A stretch of DNA of 64,000 nucleotides from Negaprion brevirostris. Lineage: Eukaryota. This document shows, piece after piece, positions 1-10,779 of the stretch. Every line of letters starts with the position of its first letter. Position 1 is the first letter of the stretch. Both the position numbers and the translations under genes were made by a program. The notes beneath the pieces were generated by a model. That model saw only the letters and a list, made by a program, of their open reading frames with translations, searched no databases and was not told the DNA's origin. Location of the stretch: NCBI GenBank assembly GCA_030324005.1, contig JARDVH010000133.1, forward strand, positions 34,098,471 to 34,162,470. The letters run 5' to 3'.

Positions 1-160
1 CATTGTGTTGATTCTTCTCTACACCCTAGTTATGACTCTAACACTACATTCTGCACTTTCTCCTTTCCTTCCCTGTGAATGGTATGCTTTGTATAGTGTG
101 CAAGAAACAATACTTTTCATTGTATACTGACACATGTGTCAATAATAAATCAAATCAAAT
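1..160 (+). mobile_element. 3' end of a Rex1/Babar-like LINE with (AAATC)n tail
   Basis: Reverse-complement similarity to 14385-14540, which continues into an RT fragment; ends aataaatcaaatcaaat. Confidence 0.65.
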
Positions 161-229
161 TCTCTTTTTTTCTGAAAGAACTTGTCAGTCTTTCTCTCTT
201 TCCTGAAATTCATGACATCCACATTCTCA

Positions 230-480
230 TTTAGCTTGGATTTCAGCCCCAGGAATTCACAATCTTCTGACCTGAGAAATTCCTTCTCGTTTCTCTCTTA
301 AATGGGTGACCTCTTATTCTGACACAATATCTCCTAGTTTAGATTTTCCCACAAGGGGGGGACATCTTATAAGCATCTTACCCTGTCAAGCTCCTCAGGT
401 ACTTATATGTTTCAATAAGATCACTTCCCATTCTTCTAAGTTCTATTGAGTGTAGGCCTCAACCTTTCCGAATAAGATGA
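230..480 (-). mobile_element. CR1-type LINE 3' fragment
   Basis: Reverse complement resembles the CR1 ORF2 C-terminal region (LGLYSLEFRR..GDLIE) seen intact at 50035-50415. Confidence 0.6.
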
Positions 481-790
481 GGTAAGCGGGTAGGGTAAAC
501 TGGCAGGTGGGTGAGGTGGTGGAATGGCAGATGGCAAGGGTGATTGCTGGGTGAGGTGGTAGGTGGCAGGTAAGTAGGTTGGTAGGTTGGTAGGATAGCA
601 GGTGGGTGAGTTGGGTCGCTGAGTGACTGGAAAGGTGGGTCTGGAGGTAGCTAAGTGGGATCAAAAGGTGTTTTCAGATCAGAGGATAGACAGGTGGTGA
701 GGACTTAGTTAGGTGAATGGGGGTGTAGTCAGGTTGGATCAGGGGTGAAGTCATGGGATTGAAGGAAAGTCAGGCTCCTGGGGAGTAGGG
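481..790. repeat. G-rich degenerate (GGTR/GGCA)n low-complexity tract
   Basis: Runs such as gggtgaggtggtaggtggcaggtaagtaggttggtaggttgg. Confidence 0.55.
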
Positions 791-1934
791 GAATTACCCA
801 TCAGAAGATCAAATCACCCAAGCCATCTCCACGCAGTCAGTGCACGGAATGCATACCTTGGTTTGTACTTCTGATCTCTGATGATCTGGACGCCGTCTTT
901 TGGCAACATACATCCATAGGCTCCAGGTTAGAAAGATAATAAAGGTCTATTTACATCCCTGGGTTTTATGACTATCAGATTGATGTTAAGCTAATGCTGA
1001 GCCAGAACCAAATCCATTTGAATGTTGGAAAGACCAATATTGGATAGGAAAAGAATATCTGTTTCATGAAGTATGTCTAATCAAAATTTGTGCAGTTAAG
1101 TACACCAGAGACTTATGCCCTAGTAATGCAGCATTCTGAAAGAAAGCTGAAAGATACTTATATTCCAGTGATGTAATTTTATGACTTTTGAAAGTAAAAT
1201 CATGTGACTAGGGGCTAAATCACAAATAAATCCTATCTGGACCATACTGCCCTTTCAACTGAAAGTTACTAAAATGATAAACACATCTTATTCACTCCCA
1301 GCAAAAACTCCATATACTTGCCATAGACTTCTCAAAGCTCCACATTTACCTTTGATTTCAACCCAGAAGTTCACTAATATCTAATCCAAAGATAATGTAG
1401 GACTTTTCCAATTTTTCATTTAGGTACAAACCCAGATTAGATACTAAAGTTTTGAAATGGACTTTCTCACCCAGAAATAACTGAGCTAAGCCCAGATCTC
1501 AGAATGGTCACTTGTAAGAGCTATAGTTCTTAAAACAGTACCTGAAAAATGAATCAACAGTTTTGATGGAGATAAAATAGGCCAAAGAATAACAAATTTA
1601 TATCACAGAAAGAAGCATTTTAGTCCAGCATATCTATGCCAGTTGAAAGAGAACAATTCTGCATAATTGCATTTTACAGTTTCTGGTCTGGAGCCCCACA
1701 GTTTATAGCTTTTCAAGTAACTTCAAATAGCAGAGGTTCATCATGCTCCAAGCTTTTTTTTAATGTGATGAGTTTTAACCTCGACCACTCTTTCATGCAG
1801 AGTTCCAAACTCCCATCATCTGCTGAGTGAAAAACAATTCTTCAGTACCATTTAATTTTTAAATCTAAATCCCTAGATTTCCCTCATGGTTGAGGGAAAG
1901 AGGAACTAAAACTGAGACTAGGAATACTGCAGCG

Positions 1935-2310
1935 AGTAACTCAACTCCTGACTCCCCAAATCCTTCCACCACCTACAAGGCACAAGTCAGGGGTATGATA
2001 GAATACTCCCCACTTGCCTGGAAGGGTGCAGCTCCAACAACACTCAAGAACCTTGACCCCATCCAAAAGAAAGCAACCCACTTGATTGGCACCACATCTA
2101 CAAACATCCACCTCCTTCATCACCGATGCTCAGTAGCAGTAGTGTGTACTGTCCACAAGATGCATTGCAGCAATTCACCAAAGATCCTTAGACAGCACCT
2201 TCTAAACACAGAACTTCCATCTAGAAGGACAAGAGCAGCAGATATATGGGAACATTACCACCTGCAAGTTCACTTCCAAGCCATCATCATCCTGACTTGG
2301 AATTATATTG
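1935..2310 (+). mobile_element. L2/CR1-superclade LINE fragment (RT C-terminal region)
   Basis: YKAQVRGMIEYSPLAWKGAAPTTLKNLDPIQKKATHLIG; related copies at 4060-4725, 57640-58370 and 59290-59620. Confidence 0.75.
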
Positions 2311-2410
2311 TAAGAAGTCTGACAACACCAGGTTTAACACAGTAAAAAGTCTGACAACACCAGGTTTTAGTCCAACCGATTTATTTGATAGTAAACTCAC
2401 AAGCTTTCGA
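2311..2410 (-). mobile_element. Penelope-like terminal repeat fragment with a short tandem duplication, running into a gap
   Basis: aagtctgacaacaccaggttt occurs twice (2315-2335, 2347-2367); related copy at 10048-10120. Confidence 0.5.
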
Positions 2411-2811
2411 NNNNNNNNNNNNNNNNNNNNNNNNNNNNNNNNNNNNNNNNNNNNNNNNNNNNNNNNNNNNNNNNNNNNNNNNNNNNNNNNNNNNNNNNNN
2501 NNNNNNNNNNAAAGCTGAATGGTGTATACTGCAGTTGTCAGCTGTGGCACAGTCTTTGGAATGCAGTTCACTGGTGAACTGTTCCTGATGCACACCCCAG
2601 CATTGCCTGAAGCTGTAAGAAGCTACATGTGATTCCATTTTCTACGTTGATTTTAAGCCTTATTAATTTACGGGCATTCTTTCAGTAGGTGTGGGGAGAG
2701 ACGGGGAAATGACACAGCTGGTTGTGAAACTCTCTAGTGTTGATAGCAATGTTAATCGAGCTATTTTCTGCTGTCACGATTCATGATCTGGGTTTCTCTC
2801 CTTTGTTTCAG

Positions 2812-3027
2812 CATTGTGAGCTTTGCAAGCAAGCAGTCAGCCCTGAGAGCCCTGTGGTATATGCAGAGCGAGCTGGGTATGAGCGGCTCTGGCACCCAGC
2901 GTGCTTTTTGTGCACCAGGTGCCGAGAGCCCCTGGTGGATCTCATCTACTTCTGGAAGAGCGGGAAGCTCCTGTGTGGCCGCCATTACTGTGAGAGTGAA
3001 AAGTCCCGCTGTGTTGCCTGCGATGAG
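2812..3027 (+). CDS. Internal exon of a PET-LIM family gene (testin/LMCD1-like): LIM domain 1 plus the start of LIM 2
   Basis: Polypyrimidine tract and ttcAG acceptor at 2811, GAG|gtgggt donor. 216 nt, phase 0-0. Encodes [72 protein letters not shown], with an intact LIM Cys/His pattern and the RAGY/WHP.CF/LVD.IYFWK motifs of testin and LMCD1. Confidence 0.9.
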
Positions 3028-3057
3028 GTGGGTTTTGAGAATGTCATTGTTTAGTAT

Positions 3058-3390
3058 CGAAACATAGAAAATAGGAGCGGGGGGGCTGCTATTTGGCCCT
3101 TTCAGCCTGCTCTNNNNNNNNNNCTCCATATCCTTTGATCCCCTTCACGCCAAGAGCTATATCTATCTCTTTCGTGAAGACAGGGCGGGATTTTATGGCC
3201 TCACTTGAGCAAAAATCCCACCGGAGGTCAGCGGACATTTCCATTGTGGGCCTCTTGCCCGCTCCGATTCCGTGGCAGGCTGAGTGATAGAATTCTGGCA
3301 ATAATGTTTTGACCTTGACTGCTTTTTATGTTAATGAATTCCACAGGCTTACCACTCTCTGGGTGAAGGCATTTCTCCTCATCTCAGTAT
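3058..3390 (-). mobile_element. CR1 3' tail interrupted by a gap and a MITE-like insert
   Basis: aaacatagaaaataggagc tail; the minus strand encodes KGIKGYG, the CR1 ORF2 end. Confidence 0.7.
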
Positions 3391-3807
3391 CTTGCAAGCC
3401 CATGGCATGTTGCAAAATTAATAAATGAATTCACATTGCTGTCCTATTCTACCATCCCTCCGCACCGCAACCTCCCCTGCACCCCAGCACCACCCGCAAC
3501 ACCCTCCCCCCTCCACCTCCTGAGAAAAGGCTGGGTCACATAACATGTTCTTCCATTTGGCTTCAAATTAAACTGCACAGGTTAACCGGCGTCCCTGCTA
3601 TAGGACCCATTTTGGAAAGGTCCAAATGGAGTAGGATCTTCATTCCACTCCTGCTGAGTGTTCAGCATTGGTCACTGGAGGGATCTTCCGGTCCCACTAA
3701 GATTGATGCTGCTTTGTGTGGGTCGCATGTCCTGCTGCCGGGGAACCCACAGCAGAGGTTCACCTTTGGTGGACCAGAAGATCTTGCTGCCGGGAAGGGA
3801 TCTGGCA

Positions 3808-3985
3808 TGTTAGGCATAGTTGCCTCACAGCGCCAGGGACCCGAGTTCGATTCCCAGCTTGGGTCACTCTCTGTGTGGAGTTTGCACGTTCTCCCCATGT
3901 CTGTGTGAATTTCCTCTGGGTGCACTGGTTTTCTCCCACATTCTGAAAGGTGTACTGGTTAGGTGCATTGACCCGAACAGATGCT
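3808..3985 (+). mobile_element. V-SINE (HE1-like), tRNA-derived
   Basis: B-box GAGTTCGATTCC followed by the V-domain gtgtggagtttgcacgttctccccatgtctg. Confidence 0.85.
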
Positions 3986-4059
3986 GGACTGTATTCCAGG
4001 ATTTGGAATATCCTGGAATACAGGATATTCCAAATCCTGGTATATAGTCCAGCATCTTG

Positions 4060-4725
4060 GCCCAGCGACTGCAAAGGAACAGTAATATATTTCCAAGTCA
4101 GAATGATAAGTAGCTTGGAGGGAAACTTGCAGGTGGGGGTGTTCCTATGTATCTGCTGCCCTTTTCCTTCTCAACGGAAGTGGTTGCGGATTTGGAAGGT
4201 GCTGTTGAAGGATCTTTGGTGGATTGCTGCAGTGCATCTTGTGGACAGTACACACTGCTGCTACTGAGCGTCGTGATCAAGGAAGTGGATGTGGCACTAA
4301 TTAACTGAGCTGGTATGTCCTGGATGGTATCAAGTTTCTTAAGTGTTGATGCAGTTGCATCCATTCAGGTATTCCATCACATTCCTGACTTGTGCCTTGT
4401 AGATGGTGAATAGGCTTTGGGAAGTCAGGAGGTGAATTACTCACTCGCAATATTCCTAACCTCTGACCTGCTTTTGTAGTCACTGTGTTTACGTAACTAG
4501 ACCAATTGAGTTTCTGGTCAATGGTAACCAAGAATGTTGACAGTGGGGGATTCAGTGTTGGTAACACCATTGAACTTTAAGGGATGGTGGTTAGAGTGTC
4601 TCTTACTCTTCAGTGGTCATTGCCTGGCATTTGTGTGGCATGAATGTTACTTGCCATGTGTCAGCTCAAGTCCGGATATTGTCCAGATCTTATTGCACTT
4701 GAACATGGACTGCTTCAGTGTCTGA
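4060..4725 (-). mobile_element. L2/CR1-superclade LINE fragment
   Basis: Minus-strand ORFs VTIDQKLNWSSYVNTVTTKAGQRLGILR and STLKKLDTIQD. Confidence 0.8.
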
Positions 4726-5334
4726 GGAAACAATCATCATTTGTAATATTATTCTTCCCTCTCATCCACAACTAATATTTGTGAGAGTAAAAGTGTGGGT
4801 TAGCTGAGTGAGTGAGATGTCATGTTTTAAATCTCTGGGGAAAGTTTGGTTTATTTTCTAATTTACAAGAGGCTTGCTGCTACAATAGGAAAAATTTGGA
4901 TAATCGCTTAGAGGGTAAGAAAACAAATATGTACTTTATACAGTTCACACTGATCCCGGACAGTAAGAAACACATATTCTGTCTGTGACAAACTGGGGGC
5001 TTGTTTGGGATCAAATGTATTGCAAATGAAACAAGTCTGACCTTGAACAAATTCAAAGTACTGGGGAAAATTAACAAAGTGGAAATTATTGAAACAAGAA
5101 ACTAAAGAACTTACAGCAGTAAGCTCCTGAATATTGACAATAGAAAATAAGATAGCTTTAAAAAATTTCACATGAAAGCTATGTGAAGCATCTCTGCAAG
5201 ACAGCTTAACATGGCAGAAATTATTCTCATAGAATAGTTAAAAATTATAGCTTAACGTGTAGAACCTAATAAATGCCATAAAGCAGGGAGACCAGAGGTA
5301 CTAATTTATTTGTCGGAAGTATGCTTACATTAAC

Positions 5335-5640
5335 ATAGAACAGCACAGCACAGTACAGGCCCTTTGGCCCTCAATGTCATGCCGAGCTTTGTCTGAAAAC
5401 AAGATCAAGTTATCCCACTCCTTATCATTCAGGTGTGTTCCATGTGCCTAACCAAGAGCCACTTGAAAGTTCCTAAAGTGTCCGACTCCACTATCACAGC
5501 AGGCAGCCCATTCCATACCCCAACCACCCATAGAATGTGGACTGCAGCAATTCAAGAAGGCGGCTGGAGCACCTTCGCAAGGGCAACTAAGGGCAATAAA
5601 TACTGGCCAGCCAATGACACCCATTTTCCATGAATGAATT
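5335..5640. mobile_element. Back-to-back LINE tails (CR1 on minus, L2-like on plus)
   Basis: catagaacagcacagcacagtacaggccctttggccc CR1 tail, then ggcaataaatactggccagccaatgacacccattttccatgaatgaat. Confidence 0.6.
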
Positions 5641-5779
5641 ACTAAAAAGAACATCATTGCAAAATCATCAGGCCAATGTAATTATATTTTGTAATATGTA
5701 TCAGTCTTGGTCAAAATAAGAACAGGACATCATGTGGAAAGTTGACGAAACTTAAATTCTGATCTACTTTTGAGTTGAC

Positions 5780-6480
5780 AAAGAAACATTACACATTCGT
5801 AGAGGCCGGCAAACCTATCGGTAATATACATGCGCAGTAACCAGGATTGCTGGGTCGGAGTGCGCATGTGCAGTAGCAGAGAGTCATCATGGCGGCTCGT
5901 AGCCATGTGCAGGATCCCAATGACAGGCGGCTGCGTCCGATATATGGTAACGGAATGATTTGTCATCTTGTACCTACAACATTCACCCTAATACACGCTA
6001 ATAATAAAACCCAAGCGCTCGAAAAACCTGGTGGCGCTGATAATTTCACGTGCCGGCTCGCCTCATTGCTAGGCCGCAGATATATCCTCGAGCTCGAGTT
6101 ATACCGCACTTCGGAGCTCAGTCCAGCACCGAACGTTTCTTGTCTGGTAGTCATACAGTCTAGTCTGCTGGCAGTGCGAGGTTTTCATTTTATCATCATC
6201 GCGTTCTTTCTAGTAGAAAGGTCCTAGGGAGAAGTTTATTAGGGTCTCGGTGCAGTGGTAGTTTTCCAGAGCGATGTGTTTTATCTGCCATTGGAACTTG
6301 TTGATTCCCCATTACAGTGGGGACGGGACGTTTTGGAGAGAGGAGCTGAGGTGTCGGGTGTACATTCATTGGAACTGATGGAGTTTGGTGGGCGGCGCCT
6401 CGTGATGGTTCTTTGCCGCCTGAGAATGTTTTAAATCTTAAAATCAAGTTGTGTGGCAGCTGGAACCGAGCACTGCTCCG
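5780..6480 (+). promoter_or_regulatory. CpG-enriched promoter / first-exon region of NAA25
   Basis: CpG density is visibly higher than in the flanks. NRF1-like CATGCGCA (5829-5836) and TGCGCATGTGCA (5861-5872). YY1-like ATGGCGGC overlaps the start codon. Confidence 0.65.
5889..5946 (+). CDS. NAA25: NAA25 coding exon 1
   Basis: ATG in good Kozak context (atcATGG). MAARSHVQDPNDRRLRPIY matches the vertebrate NAA25 N-terminus. Donor G|gtaacg, phase 1. Confidence 0.96.
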
Positions 6481-7544
6481 GAAATAACTAATTTAACTGG
6501 GGTATTGCAGTGACCCATATTTGAATTCACATAAGACTTGATATGTAAATGAGTCATTAGTTTACAAGGAATGTTATCGTAGTCAGTATTCAATTTCTGT
6601 TAAACATTTCGTACAAATTGAGTTGTTTTCTCGGCATGAATAGGGTGTTGGTGTAATCTAGTCATTTTCAGTGCTGCACTGGGGTACTTTTAACTTATCT
6701 TTTCATATAAAAGCTTCAGAATCCCGACATTGCAGAAGTAGCCAATTCGGCCTGTTCGGTCAGCAGAGGTTCTTAAACAAGTCATTTTACCCAGACTCTA
6801 CCCCTGTAAATCCACATATTTAATCCCCCTAACCTACACATTTTGGGATCACTAAGGGACAATTTAGCATCGTCAATCCACTGAATTTGGACATCTTCCA
6901 AAAGACATCTTCAAAAAAGTGGTTTATAAAGTATTGCAGCCATCTTTGGGCACATCTCACAGTATGTTCGACCTTAAGGGAGAGTGCAGAGAAAACTCAC
7001 CAAATGGTATGAAGAATTAAAGACTTGTTACATGGAGAGACAAGAGAAATTGAGTTTGTTCTACAAGGGGAAGCTGATATTACAAGGAGATTCAAAAGAG
7101 GTGTTAAAAATCTAGAAGGGCTAGTTTTTGGTTGCAGGTGGGGCATATCCATTGTAATTGAAAAGATGATTTGAGGTGACAAAAGGAAGCATGTCTTTCA
7201 TGGTGCCTTGTTATGGTGTAGAACATAGCGTAGGAGCAACAGTAATTTTCAAAAGCGAATCTGGTGCATACTTGAAAGAGAAAATGTGTATGATGAAGGG
7301 GAAAGACAAACTTGACTCAGAAGAACTTTTGAATTTGTTTTCTACTTTTAAATATTATAATTGGATCATTTGTAATGGTGAACCTCCGCTGAAGCTGCTT
7401 TTTGTGGGAAGTATCACTCTTCGGAACAATTCTGTAAATTATGGTGCATTTAAAATGTTGAGCAATCCAGGATGTTCAGGTTGTGGCTCATGGGCTTTCT
7501 GTTTGCCCTAAATCAGTGAGCAAATAACTGATTACAAACTTACA

Positions 7545-7900
7545 GAATGAGGCAGAAGTAGGCAATTCAGCCCCTCAAGCCTGCTCCGCCATTCAATAAG
7601 ATTATGGCTGATATGTTTAGTTTTTTGAGTTCCACATTCCCACCTACTTCTGATAACCTTTGATTCCCTTGTCTAACAAGAATCTATCTATCTCTGCCAA
7701 AATTAGTGATGCCGCTTCCACCGTCATGTGTGGCAGAGTTCCAAAGTCGCACAATTCTGTGAAGGGAAATAAAAACTTCTCATCTCTGTCCTGTAAGGGC
7801 AACTCCTAATTTTTAAACAGTGCCCTCTAGTTCTGGACTCACCCACAAGTGGAAATATTATTTCCACATCCACCTGGTCAAGATCATTCAGGATCTTATA
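7545..7900 (-). mobile_element. CR1 3' fragment
   Basis: gcagaagtaggcaattcagcccctcaagcctgctccgccattcaataagattatggctgat tail plus ORF2 end. Confidence 0.75.
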
Positions 7901-8929
7901 AAATGAACTTTATTTTCTGTTTAGAGAGAAATGTACATCTTCCTTAACATACAAGAAAAAAGGCTTTGGAGGGATTTGAAAACAAGGTTGAGAATTATAA
8001 AATCAAAATGTTGCCAACGTAGGTCAGCAAGCACAGGGATTATACGGGAATGGAACTTGCTCCAAGTTAAAACATAGTTAGCAAGTTTACAAAGGTAACG
8101 TGAGACACCAGCCAGTGGTGCTTTGGAATTGTAGAGTCCAGAGGTAATGAAGTTATGGATGAGGGTTTCACCAGATGAGTTAAGTTGAACAAGTCACGGA
8201 GGTAGAAATTTTTAAACTTTATTTTGTCATGAATATGGATGCTATTTATATTCCTATATCAGAAGTTTGTGTCAGTAAGTGTATGTCGTTGTGTTCCTTG
8301 TAGGTATATAAGAATTTCTGTATGTTTTATTCACCCTCCTCATAAGTGTTAATCAATAAGTACCTTATTTTTGTCTTCTAACTCTTTTTTGTGTCCAGCC
8401 ACAAACGAGATGGAGCGCGATTTGCTTTTTCCTCATCTCTCATTTCCAAAGCGAAATGCTATTTTCCCAATCACTGAGATCAGATCTTGCCATATTGAGA
8501 ATCTTTGAGGATGTGGATTAAGTTTTTTAAAAAACTGATGTTCAGGAAAGGTAGCCAGCAAGCTGTCTGGTTGTGATATAACCCAACTGGTTCACAAATG
8601 TAACTTAGAATTGGAATGAGGCTTGTAGCTCCTGTCATTTTAGCCCACAAAGCTCTTGCAATTCTGTTATATTCGTAAATTTCATACTTTGCTAATTCAT
8701 CCCATTTGAATTTTGTATGCCTTGAAAAGAGATATTCACGGTACTGTTGCTTCACTGATGAATAAATCCCAAATCAGAAAGACGAATGTGTTCGTACGTG
8801 CAAGCCTGAGTTATATTACAAACTAATGGAAACACAGGCAACATGGTGTGCACCTCAGCAGCCTCTTTCAGTAAAAAGGTGGCACATTTCTATTCCCCTC
8901 TCTGGCAATGGCTTGAGATTTAAGTCAGT

Positions 8930-9790
8930 CTGTTCCCAACTTTGTCAGTTTGACCCTGAGATGAGCTTCTGACCTTGTAGTTATGCCCTCTCTAAGACCA
9001 CCTTTTTCTACCTCTGTGACTTGTTGGACTCAACTCATCTGGTGAAACCCTCATCCACACCTTCATTACCTCTGAACTCTACAATCCCAAAGCACTGTTG
9101 GCTGATGTCTCATGTTACATTTGTAAACTTGCTGCCTATGTTTTAACTTGGAGCAGGTTCCATTCCCCTATAATCCCTGTGCTTGCTGACCTATGTTGGC
9201 AACATCTTGATTTTATCATTCTCAACCTTGTTTTCAAATCTGTCCAGGGCCTTGCCCCTCCAACCCCACAACCCTCCCAGACATATGCAATAATCTCATG
9301 TTTATTTGTGAGTCAAGTCGGCTTAGAGTAACATTGCAATGAAGTTACTGTGAAAATATCCCAGTCGCCACATTCCAACACTGAGGGCGAGCTTAGCATT
9401 GCCAAGCACCTAACCAGCGTGTCTTTCAGAATGTGGAAGGAAACCGGAGCATCTGGAAGATACCCACGTGGACATGAGGAGAACGTGCAGACTCCACACA
9501 GGCACTGACCCAAGTTGGAATTGAATGTAGGTTTCTNNNNNNNNNNNNNNNNNNNNNNNNNNNNNNNNNNNNNNNNNNNNNNNNNNNNNNNNNCACCACC
9601 ATTGGTTACTGCGCCTTTGGTTGTTTAGACTCAGCTCTGGAATTCTCTTCCCCCACCTGTCTACCTTGTCTTAAAGGATAAAATCACTTCCTAAAATCTT
9701 CTTTCTCGACCAGGTTTTTGGTCATCTGACCTGACATTTCCTTTGTGGCTCAGTTTCAAAACTTGTTTTATAGTTGTCCTGTAGTGTATA
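8930..9790 (+). mobile_element. Decayed L2-type LINE with a nested minus-strand V-SINE (about 9295-9536)
   Basis: L2 C-terminal motif HSPIIPVLADLCWQHLDFIILNLVFKSVQGLAP. The nested SINE carries the V-domain in reverse complement (gagaacgtgcagactccacaca). Confidence 0.7.
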
Positions 9791-10449
9791 AATATACATT
9801 TTTGTTTTAGCTCAAGAAGGAAACAATTTAAATCTTATGTCACTGTTTGGTAGTTTATTGCACTGGATCATTAATTTCTGTTAATTGCTGTTTGTACTGT
9901 CTGATATACATTTGAGGGATTCTTCACATTCAGAAAGTAACACACAAAATTTCAGCCAAGTTATCTTTGATAAGTCTTTAATGTTAAAACCAAGATGTCC
10001 TGATGCACTCTTGATAGCTTCATGCTGTCTGCTGGAGAAGTACAGGAAGAAGTCTCACAACACCAGGTTAAGGTCCAACAGGTTTATTTGGTAGCACCAG
10101 TGTCAAGCTTTCGGAGCGCTTCACATGCTGAGAAGTTGCAGACCAGAGACAGTGTTCCTCCTCCAACCTTTATGGTATTCAAATGATCAATTTTAATACG
10201 GTTATTTTGTTGCTTAAACAAAAATTGAAATGCTGTGAATGGTATCTGAAATTAAAAACAGAAAATGCGGGGAGTTCTCAGCAGCTTCGGCAAGTTCTGT
10301 GAATAGTGAGCCATGTAATGTTCATTGACGTAGCTGTCAACTCTTTCTCCTGCCTGACGTGCTGTTTTTGATTTCTAGCAAGAGATTAGAAGAAATAAAG
10401 CCATAATATCCAAAATAAGTAAACTTCCACATTGTAGGAAATAAAGAAG

Positions 10450-10575
10450 AAAGAATTATACATCTCCTGTCTTAGTCTCCAGGTGCTTTCCAACCAATTA
10501 AGTACGTTTTTAGCTATTGCTGTAATGTAGGGGAATACAATAGCCAGTTTATGCGCAGCAAGGTCCCACAAAAAA
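10450..10575 (-). mobile_element. DeuSINE (SacSINE1/AmnSINE1-like) 3' fragment
   Basis: Reverse-complement similarity to 60580-60715. Confidence 0.55.
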
Positions 10576-10779
10576 CAGGGAGTTTACAGGGCAATTATGT
10601 TCATTTTCTTTGTGCATATGAAATACCAGCTGGCTATGTTTATGGAACAGTTTGTTTCAGAATGGTATATTCCCAAATAATTTGTTTGCAGAGCCCTAGC
10701 AACTTGTTTCACAAACACAACTTAAATGCTTTCAGGTGACTAAAAATGGAAGTTGGATCTAAAAGAGAGACCTTCACCT

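Noticed and set aside
2311-2370. Direct repeats with a short spacer as a CRISPR-like array
   Set aside because: Only two units in a vertebrate genome; explained as a duplicated retroelement end.
1-5780. Divergent TRAFD1 first exon or bidirectional partner gene
   Set aside because: No recognisable minus-strand coding exon upstream of NAA25 in this window.
5947-6227. ORF extension of NAA25 exon 1 to 112 aa
   Set aside because: Homology to NAA25 stops at the GT donor at 5947; the rest is intron read-through.
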